From assembly GCA_903845055.1 (NCBI GenBank), contig CAIMWF010000147.1:12182-76181 (forward strand): a stretch of DNA of 64,000 nt. The letters are read 5' to 3'. A model generated the notes under the pieces. The model saw only the letters and a program-made list of their open reading frames with translations. It was not told the DNA's origin and ran no database searches. This DNA comes from an uncultured Bacteroidales bacterium. GTDB taxonomy: Bacteria; Bacteroidota; Bacteroidia; Bacteroidales; FEN-979. The translations under genes and the position numbers were made by a program. This document shows positions 40,324 through 48,692 of the stretch, piece after piece. Position 1 is the first letter of the stretch; every line of letters begins with the position of its first letter.

Positions 40324-42041
40324 CTGTTTTCTGTTGATGTTCTTATTACATGGAGCAACTCCATATTCTGTCCGCTGCCCGGCTTCGCCAGGAACTTTTC
40401 ATACAGGTCGAGGATGACAGGGTTCTTGTGCGATACTTTGATGATCTCTTCATCATCCACATCATAAAGTGCTTTCATCCTTGCCTTGAGGTTTTTTTCA
40501 TCGCCGCCGCGCATCTGTCCTCCGCCGTTGATGCATCCGTAAGGGCATGCCATCACCTCGATGATCTGGTAGTCGGCCCGTCCGGCTTCAACTTCATCCA
40601 ATAACGTCTTTGCACTGGCAAGCCCGTTAACGGCTGCTACGCTGAAAAAGGTTTTACCGGCCTTTACCCTGGCCTCCTTTTTGTTTTTTAATCCACGTAA
40701 TTCGTTGATTTTTATTGGATTCAATTCCTGTCCTGTTATCATAAAATGAACCGTACGCATCAGGGCTTCCAGGTGTCCCCCGGAGATGCCGAACAGGTTA
40801 CCGGCCGAACTCCGCATGCTGAAAGCCGTGTCGGATGGTTCTGGCTCGAGGCTGTTCATTTCAATGCCCAGTAGACGTATCATTTTGACCAGTTCCCTGG
40901 TGGTGAGAACGGCGTCAACGTTGCAGGTGATGCCGTCTTTCATCCGGTCCGACGCAGCTTCATGCTTTTTGGCAGTGCAGGGCATCACCGACACCACGAA
41001 AACGTTTTCAGGTTTCTGTCCCGCCGAGGTGGAGATGTAATTTTTTATGAGCCGGCCCATGATCTGCTGCGGTGAATTTGCAGTCGACAGGTTCGGCAGC
41101 CAGTGGGGCCTTGATTCCTCCACGTATCTAACCCAACCCGGGCAGCAGGAGGTGAGCATTGGCAGGTTTTCATGTTTGTTCAGCCTGCTGACAAATTCTG
41201 ATGCCTCTTCCATAATCGCCAGGTCGGCAGCCATGGAAACATCAAAGACCTGCTTGAACCCCAGTTTTTTCAATGCTGATCGCAAGAGGTTCAGGATGTC
41301 CTTGCTCGCTTTGATGTTGAATGCCTCAGCAACAGAACCGGGGATGGTCGGTGAAAACTGGATTACCGGGAACAGTTCAGGATTGCTCAGGGCATCAAGC
41401 ACCACCTGGAAGTTTGATTTTTCGGTCAGGGCGGCAGTTGGGCATACCATGATGCACTGTCCGCATTTGATGCAGCCCTGCATGTTCAGTCCTTTATTGT
41501 ATGAGGTCCCGATCCTGCTTTCGCTGCCGCGGCCCACCACGTCGATTGCAAAAGCCCCGATCACCTCGTCGCAGACCCGGATACAGCGGCCGCACAGGAC
41601 ACATTTTGCCGGATCACGCACGATGGAACTGCACGCCTTGTCGATCTGTACCTGGCGACGTTTGCCATGGTATTTACGTTCACGGATATTCATCCCGGCG
41701 GCAAGTTCCTGCAATTCACAGCTCCCGTTCCTTTCGCAATAGTGACAATCGTCGGGATGACCGGCAAGCAGCAATTCCACGAGGATCTTCCTGGCTTTCA
41801 GTACCCTGGGTGAATGGGTCTTGATTTTCATCCACTCCGTCACAAAGTGCGAACAGGATGGCACAAGTTCGGAGATCCCATCAACTTCAACGACACACAT
41901 CCGGCACCCGCCCGAGGGTGAAAAGCCATTCATGTAACAGAGGGTGGGCACCTGGATACCAATCCTGTCGAGCACATTTTTGATGGTTTCTCCACGCTTG
42001 GCCGATACCTCCTGGTCGTTAATCTCAATATTGAATTGCAT
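40320..42041 (-). CDS. hydA: [FeFe]-hydrogenase group A catalytic subunit (divergent HydA)
   Basis: N-terminal 2Fe-2S, His-ligated and 2x4Fe-4S clusters; TSCCPGW, MPCTAKKHE, EVMACPYGCINGGG. Confidence 0.9.
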   Translation of the reverse strand: MQFNIEINDQEVSAKRGETIKNVLDRIGIQVPTLCYMNGFSPSGGCRMCVVEVDGISELVPSCSHFVTEWMKIKTHSPRVLKARKILVELLLAGHPDDCHYCERNGSCELQELAAGMNIRERKYHGKRRQVQIDKACSSIVRDPAKCVLCGRCIRVCDEVIGAFAIDVVGRGSESRIGTSYNKGLNMQGCIKCGQCIMVCPTAALTEKSNFQVVLDALSNPELFPVIQFSPTIPGSVAEAFNIKASKDILNLLRSALKKLGFKQVFDVSMAADLAIMEEASEFVSRLNKHENLPMLTSCCPGWVRYVEESRPHWLPNLSTANSPQQIMGRLIKNYISTSAGQKPENVFVVSVMPCTAKKHEAASDRMKDGITCNVDAVLTTRELVKMIRLLGIEMNSLEPEPSDTAFSMRSSAGNLFGISGGHLEALMRTVHFMITGQELNPIKINELRGLKNKKEARVKAGKTFFSVAAVNGLASAKTLLDEVEAGRADYQIIEVMACPYGCINGGGQMRGGDEKNLKARMKALYDVDDEEIIKVSHKNPVILDLYEKFLAKPGSGQNMELLHVIRTSTENR

Positions 42042-42049
42042 GGCAGCCG

Positions 42050-43999
42050 TTATTTGAAGTAAATAGCGTTGAACTTACAACAGTCAAAACAGATACCGCA
42101 GCCGGTACATTTTGACTCCACGATGAAATGGGGTAATTTTACACTCCCGATGATGGCATTTTCAGGACATTTTTTCTTGCAGATGTTGCAACCGTTGCAG
42201 GCCTCGACATCGATAAAAAATGTCCGCAGGTCATGACAAATCCCCGCCTTGCATTTCCTGTCAAAAATATGTTCCTCGTATTCCTCCCTGAACCATTTCA
42301 GAGATGACAATACCGGGTTCGGGGCATTTCGTCCAAGACCGCAAAGGGAGGTATCGCGGATCACTTCGGCAAGGCTCTCTAGTTCCACAACACCCTTGAA
42401 CCGTTCAAGGGTTTCATGCGAGCTGTCTTCCCTCGGCCGGCGCGTGATCTCTTCGAGAATGTTCCGCATCCGCCTGGTCCCCTCCCGGCAGGGAATGCAT
42501 TTGCCGCAGCTCTCTTTCTGGAGGAACTCCATGAAATATTTCGACAGGTTAACCATGCAGGTATCCTCATCGAGGATGATGATGCCTCCCAGCCCCAGTG
42601 ACGATCCTAGCGCCCGGAGTGATTCATAACCGACGGGGGTATTAAGGTCCTGCACCGGGAGGCAAACGCCGGAAGGCCCGCCGAACTGGACGGCCTTCAG
42701 CTGTTTGTTGCCCTTGGTTCCTCCTGCAATGGAAACGACGATATCGGAAATGGTGGTCCCCATCTCAATTTCGATAAAACCCGTATGGGTCGCCTTGCCG
42801 GCGATGCTGAATATTTTTGTTCCCCGGCTTTCCCTGATCCCGATGGATTTGAACCAGCCGGGGCCGTTTTCCATGATGGAGGGAATGTTGGCCAGTGTTT
42901 CGATGTTGTTGACGATGGTGGGGTGACCGAACAAACCTTTCTCGGCAGGGAAGGGCGGTTTCGACTGCGGGATGCCGCGTTTGCCTTCAATACTGGCAAT
43001 CAGCGCGGTTTCCTCCCCGCATACAAACGCCCCGGCCCCCTGCCGGATATGGATATGCAGGTTGAATCCACTGTTGAAAATGTTTTCACCGACAAATCCG
43101 TATTCTTTTGCCTGTGAAAGCGCCTTCTCGAGAATGACCAGCGACTGCTCGTAATCGGACCTCACGTAAATGTAGGCGTTGCTCGCTCCTATGGCATAGG
43201 CCGAGATGGCAATTCCTTCGATGACCCTGTGGGGGTCGCCTTCAATAATGGCACGGTTCATGAATGCGCCCGGGTCACTTTCATCGGCATTACAGATGAG
43301 GTATTTCTGATCACTGCCGGTACCGAGGGCAAGCGCCCACTTCTTCCCGGTGGGATAACCTCCGCCTCCGCGCCCCCGGAGTTCACTCTGGTCCACAATC
43401 TCGCAAACTTTGTCGGACGTATAATTCAGGACGGTTTTATAGAGGGACCTATAACCACCGTGGGCAATATAGTCGTCAACCGACCAGGGTGAAATGATCC
43501 CCGAATTGCGGAGAATATTCCTGTGTTGCAACGCGAAAAACGGCATTTGCAGGACATAGGGCATGTTGGCCCAGTCTTCGTGACCGGGATGTTTATATTG
43601 ACCCAGCACCGTCTCTTCTAACAGCAGGTGATGGAATACAGCGTCAAGCAATCCCTCCACGCGGTCTTCAGTTGCGTGATGGAATGATATCCGCGATTTG
43701 CCAGGCAACTGTACGTCGAGCAGCGGTTCCATTGAACACAGGCCGATGCAGCCCACATGGATAATTTCGGCATCCAGGTTGTTTTTTTCCAGGTATTGTT
43801 CAACGGCTGTCAGGGTGTTCCCCGCCCCTGCGATCAGGCCGCAAGTGCCCGTTCCGATATAGATAACCGGGTGGATGACCTTGTCGCGTTTTACCAGGGC
43901 AAGCCGGTCCGAATTGGCTTTATCGAAGATGGTGGAATAACTTTTCAGGATTTTTTCGACCAGAAATTCTTTATTTTCCGGGGTGTTCAGAATGGCCAT
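42050..43999 (-). CDS. hydB: NuoF-like diaphorase subunit HydB with N-terminal thioredoxin-like 2Fe-2S domain and C-terminal 2x4Fe-4S
   Basis: RGRGGGGYPTG, NADESDPGAFMNR, GAFVCGEE, ESCGKCIPCREG. Confidence 0.9.
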   Translation of the reverse strand: MAILNTPENKEFLVEKILKSYSTIFDKANSDRLALVKRDKVIHPVIYIGTGTCGLIAGAGNTLTAVEQYLEKNNLDAEIIHVGCIGLCSMEPLLDVQLPGKSRISFHHATEDRVEGLLDAVFHHLLLEETVLGQYKHPGHEDWANMPYVLQMPFFALQHRNILRNSGIISPWSVDDYIAHGGYRSLYKTVLNYTSDKVCEIVDQSELRGRGGGGYPTGKKWALALGTGSDQKYLICNADESDPGAFMNRAIIEGDPHRVIEGIAISAYAIGASNAYIYVRSDYEQSLVILEKALSQAKEYGFVGENIFNSGFNLHIHIRQGAGAFVCGEETALIASIEGKRGIPQSKPPFPAEKGLFGHPTIVNNIETLANIPSIMENGPGWFKSIGIRESRGTKIFSIAGKATHTGFIEIEMGTTISDIVVSIAGGTKGNKQLKAVQFGGPSGVCLPVQDLNTPVGYESLRALGSSLGLGGIIILDEDTCMVNLSKYFMEFLQKESCGKCIPCREGTRRMRNILEEITRRPREDSSHETLERFKGVVELESLAEVIRDTSLCGLGRNAPNPVLSSLKWFREEYEEHIFDRKCKAGICHDLRTFFIDVEACNGCNICKKKCPENAIIGSVKLPHFIVESKCTGCGICFDCCKFNAIYFK

Positions 44000-44000
44000 C

Positions 44001-44465
44001 TTATTCTGTTTTTTCTTTGAGAGAATGGATGATACGGGTTAATGCTTCCGGGGTAACATGAGGGTGGTAGACGTCGTTGATGCGGATTACCGGTGCTGAT
44101 TCACAGGCTCCCATGCAATTCACCAGCTCCAGGCTGTACCTTCGGTCCCTGCTGGTTGTTCCGGCTTTCAGTTTCAACTGCTTTTCAAGTTCACCCAGGT
44201 ATGACAGCGAACCATGCAGGTGGCAGGCGGTGCCCCGGCACAGCTGGACATGATACAGGCCATGGGGCCTGAACCTGAACTGGTCGTAAAATGCCGCGAC
44301 ACTGAAGACCTTGTTGACCGGCATGTTCAGGGTGCGGCCGACTTCGGCGATCAGGTCATCTGTCAGGTAACCGTTGACCTGTTGTACCTCCTGCAGGATG
44401 GGCAGCAGCGAATCTTTCCTGTTCGCAGGGTACCGGACAAGAATTTTTTCAAGAATTTCGTTCAT
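44001..44465 (-). CDS. hydC: NuoE-like 2Fe-2S subunit HydC
   Basis: LLPILQEVQ, CRGTACH, CMGAC. ATG 44465 preferred. Confidence 0.9.
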   Translation of the reverse strand: MNEILEKILVRYPANRKDSLLPILQEVQQVNGYLTDDLIAEVGRTLNMPVNKVFSVAAFYDQFRFRPHGLYHVQLCRGTACHLHGSLSYLGELEKQLKLKAGTTSRDRRYSLELVNCMGACESAPVIRINDVYHPHVTPEALTRIIHSLKEKTE

Positions 44466-44533
44466 AAGACAAAACAAAATAGAGTATCTGCTTTACAAAA
44501 ATAACGTTTTAATCTTAATAATGACATTTTTAA

Positions 44534-44568
44534 TTGTGAAATATTTAGCAATGTGAATAATTAAACAA
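44534..44568. promoter_or_regulatory. Tandem Rex-like operator pair
   Basis: TTGTGAAATATTTAGCAA (44534-44551) and ATGTGAATAATTAAACAA (44551-44568) in a divergent promoter region. Confidence 0.75.
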
Positions 44569-44657
44569 ATATTTTTAGGGACAAAATGCATATTATTTTT
44601 CGATCAATGAACCGGATTACCGCAGATATTCCTAATTTTGACATGAACAACAACACT

Positions 44658-46526
44658 ATGCCCGACGAACCTCTCTTTCATATTTCGCACAAAACCTGTG
44701 TCAGGTGTTATTCCTGTGTCAGGATATGCCCCGTGAAGGCCATCAGGGTTGATGTGAACACCGAATTTCCGTCGATCCTTCCCGAACGCTGCATCGGCTG
44801 CGGAAGCTGCTACCGGGCCTGTTCACCGCATTCCATCTCCTACCGCAGTTCTTCCGGACAGACCAAGGAGCTGCTATCCTCCGGCATGCCGGTGGCCGCC
44901 ATCTGCGACCCCTCCATTTCCGGTGAGTTCCACGATATTACCGACTACCGGAAATTTGTTGAGATGATCAGGCAACTTGGCTTTTCATACGTCATTGAAG
45001 CTTCCTTTGGCGTCGACCTGGTGGCCTTGCAATACAAGGAACTTTTCGATGATTTCAGGGGGAAATACCACATCACCGCGAATTGTCCCGCGGTGGTGGC
45101 TTTTATTGAAAAATACCACCCCGAACTCATCAACAACCTGGCACCAGTGGTTTCGCCCATGGTGGCGACCGCGAAGGTGGTGCACCGGAAATTCGGGACT
45201 GACGTGAAGGTGGTGTTTATCGGGCCTTGCATCGCCTCCAAGGATGAAGCCCTCCGGTATGACGGGGATGCGAAAATTGATGCCGTGCTCACGTTCGTTG
45301 AACTGCGCGGGTTGTTTACCGAATTCAACATCCGCGAGAGCCAGGTCGAATTTTCGGAATTCGATCCGCCCCTCGGCCACAAAGGATCACTTTATCCCAT
45401 CAGCAACGGCATCCTTCAGGCGGCCGACATCAGCGAGGACCTGCTCACGGGAAGCGTCATCACCACCGAAGGCCGGAACAACATGCTCGACGCGGTCAAG
45501 GAATTTGATTCCCGCATTGAGCTGATCAGGAGGAACTTCAACATTTTTTACGATGAAGGTTGCCTCATGGGACCCGGAACATCGCCCGGCGGAGAAAAAT
45601 TCCTGCGCATGACCCTGGTTACCGATTATGCCAACAAACGCCTCATTACCCTCGACAAGGAGGCATGGGAACAGGATATGGCATCCTTCGCCGGTCTCGA
45701 TCTCGGCAGGGAATTCCAGGCCGACGACCAGCGTCTGCCGGTCCCCGGTGACGAAACCATCGAGGAAATGCTGAAAATGATGAACCGCGAAGGCCAGATG
45801 CACAACGACATCGGATGCGAGGCCTGTGGATATTCCAACTGCCGCGATCTTGCAATAGCCATCTCCCAGGGGCTGGCTACCACCGAGATGTGCCATATCT
45901 TCAGCGGTCATAACCGTCAGGAATACATCCAGACCCTGCGGACCGCCAATGAAACGCTGGCCAAAACCAAAATCGCCCTGAAGGAATCGGAAGAAAAGGC
46001 CAGGCACGAACAGGAGGCCCAGAAAGAATCCTCCGAGATCATCTCCATCATGCTTCAGAACCTGCTTTCGGGCGTGGTGATCGTGGATGAAGAACTCAGG
46101 ATCTACCAGTCAAACAAGGCCTTCATCCGGATCGTCGGTGAAGAGGCGGCCCTGATCGACGAGGTCATCCCGGGGCTGGTCGGCGCCGACCTTAAAACGT
46201 TGCTCCCGGTTCACTTTTACAAGATGTTTTCGTATGTCCTTTCGTCCGATGAACCCATTGAAAATAAAGATGTTCAGTATGAGGATAACAAGCTGGGGGT
46301 CTCCATTTTTCCCATCAGGAGCCATAAATATGTCGGGGGAATTCTCCGCGACATGTACACCCCGGAGGTCAGGAAAGAACAGATCATCACCAGGCTCACC
46401 GAGGTGGTCGACGAAAATTTCGACATGGTCCAGAAGATCGCCTACCTTTTAGGAGAAGGTGCTTCCAAGACCGAGCAGATGCTGAATTCAGTGATCAATT
46501 CGTATAAGAATCCTGGTAAGAAATGA
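44658..46526 (+). CDS. PAS-containing sensory [FeFe]-hydrogenase-like protein (HfsB/HydS, group C3-like) with degenerate H-cluster site
   Basis: 2x4Fe-4S; TANCP / PCIASKDE / IFYDEGCLMG; FeS domain, PAS, VQKIAYLLGE tail. ATG 44658 follows TAATTTTG at 44633; track gives 44586. Confidence 0.85.
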   Translation: MPDEPLFHISHKTCVRCYSCVRICPVKAIRVDVNTEFPSILPERCIGCGSCYRACSPHSISYRSSSGQTKELLSSGMPVAAICDPSISGEFHDITDYRKFVEMIRQLGFSYVIEASFGVDLVALQYKELFDDFRGKYHITANCPAVVAFIEKYHPELINNLAPVVSPMVATAKVVHRKFGTDVKVVFIGPCIASKDEALRYDGDAKIDAVLTFVELRGLFTEFNIRESQVEFSEFDPPLGHKGSLYPISNGILQAADISEDLLTGSVITTEGRNNMLDAVKEFDSRIELIRRNFNIFYDEGCLMGPGTSPGGEKFLRMTLVTDYANKRLITLDKEAWEQDMASFAGLDLGREFQADDQRLPVPGDETIEEMLKMMNREGQMHNDIGCEACGYSNCRDLAIAISQGLATTEMCHIFSGHNRQEYIQTLRTANETLAKTKIALKESEEKARHEQEAQKESSEIISIMLQNLLSGVVIVDEELRIYQSNKAFIRIVGEEAALIDEVIPGLVGADLKTLLPVHFYKMFSYVLSSDEPIENKDVQYEDNKLGVSIFPIRSHKYVGGILRDMYTPEVRKEQIITRLTEVVDENFDMVQKIAYLLGEGASKTEQMLNSVINSYKNPGKK

Positions 46527-46533
46527 TTTTTTA

Positions 46534-46822
46534 TTTCAGATTTCAAATTTCAGATATCATATTTCACATATACCAGATATAGTTAACATTAACTTTTTTT
46601 ACCACAGAGAATCGGCGGAGGATGGAGGTCACTAAAAATTCATCTGAGTTTGGAAAATTTCAATTTTCGACCTCTGTATTTTCTCCGTGCCTCTGTGTTA
46701 AAATACACTGATTGAACACCGGAGTATGATTTTTAAAATCTGCAAATAGTGCCACAAAACTTTAACCCCTATATCCAGGCTATGTTCATTAAATCGTATA
46801 TCGTATATCGTAATTCGTAAAT
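46534..46822. repeat. Intergenic repeat patch: ATTTCAG-type heptamers, an accacagag...ctctgtgtt inverted repeat (46597-46703) and ATCGTAT heptamers
   Basis: Seen directly. Confidence 0.6.
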
Positions 46823-46828
46823 TTACCT

Positions 46829-48013
46829 GTGGACGAAAAATTCTTCATCGAAGTAAACTGTCAGCAAAAATGCCACGGCGAGGCGCGGGTTTGCGGCGAT
46901 GTCTTTCTTTCCCGTCGTATCAAGGAGGAGGGCAGGATCATCATCGTGCTGTCCGACGGCATGGGGCATGGCATCAAGGCCAACATGCTCGGGATTCTCA
47001 CGGCGACCCTGGCCGTAAATTTCACCCAGGAACACAAGAGTGTCCAGAAGATCACGGAGATCATCATGAAAACGCTCCCGGTCGATAGTGTCAAGCAGAT
47101 GAACTATTCCACCTTCACCATCGTTGAAATCGACGTGGAGGGCCAGGTTTCGATCCTGGAATATGAAAATCCGAAAACGATGATCTTTCGCGGGTTGCAT
47201 CTTTTCGAGCCGGAGTGGAACTGCGTTGTACTTGAAGGTGATCGTTATGCAGGGAAGGAGGTGCTTTCAACCACCTTCAGGCCGCAGAAGGAGGACCGGA
47301 TTGTTTTCTGTTCCGACGGTGTAACCCAGTCGGGACTCGGAAGCGAACGCTTCCTGATGGGCTGGGGACCCGAAAACCTTCAGAAATTTGTCGAGGAGGC
47401 CATCCGTGAAGAAAGGGACATTTCGGCTGTAAAACTGGGCACGCGGGTCATCAACAAGGCAAACCAGAACGACAATTTTCATCCCAGCGACGACATCAGC
47501 TGCGGGGTGATCTATTTCCGTGACCCGCGAAAACTGATGATCTTCTCCGGACCCCCGCAGGACCCCGGCAATGATAAAATGTTCACGGGTTTGCTGAAGC
47601 AGTTTGAGGGAAAGAAAATTGTCTGCGGCGCCACTACCGCCGATATGCTGGCCCGGGAATGGGAGGAGGATATCACCGACAGCAGGGAGATCCTCGACCC
47701 CGAACTCCCGCCTGTTTCGCACATGAACGGTGTCGAGCTTATTACCGAAGGAATCCTGACCTTGAGCAAGGTAAGCGAACTTCTGAAGAAATACAACAAC
47801 AACCACCCGCTGGGCAGGGGCCCCGCCGACGAGATCATCCGCTACATCCTCGACAGCGATGAGATCCATTTCCTGGTCGGTACCAACATCAATGTCGCCC
47901 ACCAGGATCCCACCCTCCCGGTAGAACTTGAACTCCGGAGAACGGTCGTTCACCGCATTGCCCGCACCCTGGAGGAGAAGTTCCTGAAAGAGGTTACCAT
48001 GAAGTTCTATTAG
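46829..48013 (+). CDS. SpoIIE/PP2C-type Ser/Thr phosphatase (HfsC-like)
   Basis: CGDVF, VLSDGMGHGIKA, YSTFTI, CSDGVTQ, DDIS, VELITEGILTL. Confidence 0.9.
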   Translation: MDEKFFIEVNCQQKCHGEARVCGDVFLSRRIKEEGRIIIVLSDGMGHGIKANMLGILTATLAVNFTQEHKSVQKITEIIMKTLPVDSVKQMNYSTFTIVEIDVEGQVSILEYENPKTMIFRGLHLFEPEWNCVVLEGDRYAGKEVLSTTFRPQKEDRIVFCSDGVTQSGLGSERFLMGWGPENLQKFVEEAIREERDISAVKLGTRVINKANQNDNFHPSDDISCGVIYFRDPRKLMIFSGPPQDPGNDKMFTGLLKQFEGKKIVCGATTADMLAREWEEDITDSREILDPELPPVSHMNGVELITEGILTLSKVSELLKKYNNNHPLGRGPADEIIRYILDSDEIHFLVGTNINVAHQDPTLPVELELRRTVVHRIARTLEEKFLKEVTMKFY

Positions 48014-48077
48014 GAAAAAAGGCAATGGGCAATAGGCAACAGGCAACAGGCAATAGACATCATTGACAGGTTGTCAA

Positions 48078-48116
48078 AAAATAAGCCTGCCGGTGAAAAC
48101 CCGGCAGGCTTATTTT
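48078..48116. terminator. Bidirectional intrinsic terminator, preceded by a (GGCAAYA)x5 heptamer array at 48021-48056
   Basis: aaaataagcctgccgg-tgaaaac-ccggcaggcttatttt. Confidence 0.85.
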
Positions 48117-48138
48117 GTAAGGGACCAACCTGTTTCGA

Positions 48139-48618
48139 TCAGCCCTGGTATTCTGCAACTATATCCTTGACACCGTCGGGAGACACACGTCCGTAAACCT
48201 TTTCACCCACCAGCACCACGGGCGCCAGCCCGCAGGCACCCACGCAGCGCAGGCAGCTGAGTGAAAACTTGCCGTCGGCGGTAGTTTCGCCGACCTGGAT
48301 CTTCAGAACGCGTTTGAATTCTTCAAGCACCTTTTCGGCACCGCGCACATAGCATGCGGTACCCAGGCAGATTGAAATCGGGTGCTGTCCTTTCGGAAGC
48401 ATGGTGAAAAACGAATAAAAGGTTACCACGCCGTAAACGTGCGCCACCGAGCAATTCAATTCCTTGGCGATCACCTCCTGGATTTCCGCCGGAAGGTAAC
48501 CGAATATGCTCTGGGCCTTGTGGAGAACATTGATCAGTTCACCCTTTTCGTTGTTGAACGATTTGCATACCTCCTTCAGTTCTTCAACCTTCCTTTCTGA
48601 TAACTTTATCTTTGCCAT
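48139..48618 (-). CDS. hndA: NuoE-like subunit (HndA/HydC)
   Basis: LINVLHKAQ, CLGTACYVRG, CVGACGLAP. Confidence 0.9.
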   Translation of the reverse strand: MAKIKLSERKVEELKEVCKSFNNEKGELINVLHKAQSIFGYLPAEIQEVIAKELNCSVAHVYGVVTFYSFFTMLPKGQHPISICLGTACYVRGAEKVLEEFKRVLKIQVGETTADGKFSLSCLRCVGACGLAPVVLVGEKVYGRVSPDGVKDIVAEYQG

Positions 48619-48692
48619 AACGATAATTTAAAACTCAAAAATTAATATTCAATTCCACTCGTCATTCGTCACTCGTCACTTGTCATTATCCC

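Noticed and set aside
39463-40467. 334-aa plus-strand ORF and similar antisense ORFs across the hydrogenase genes
   Set aside because: Codon-bias shadows of well-supported minus-strand genes.
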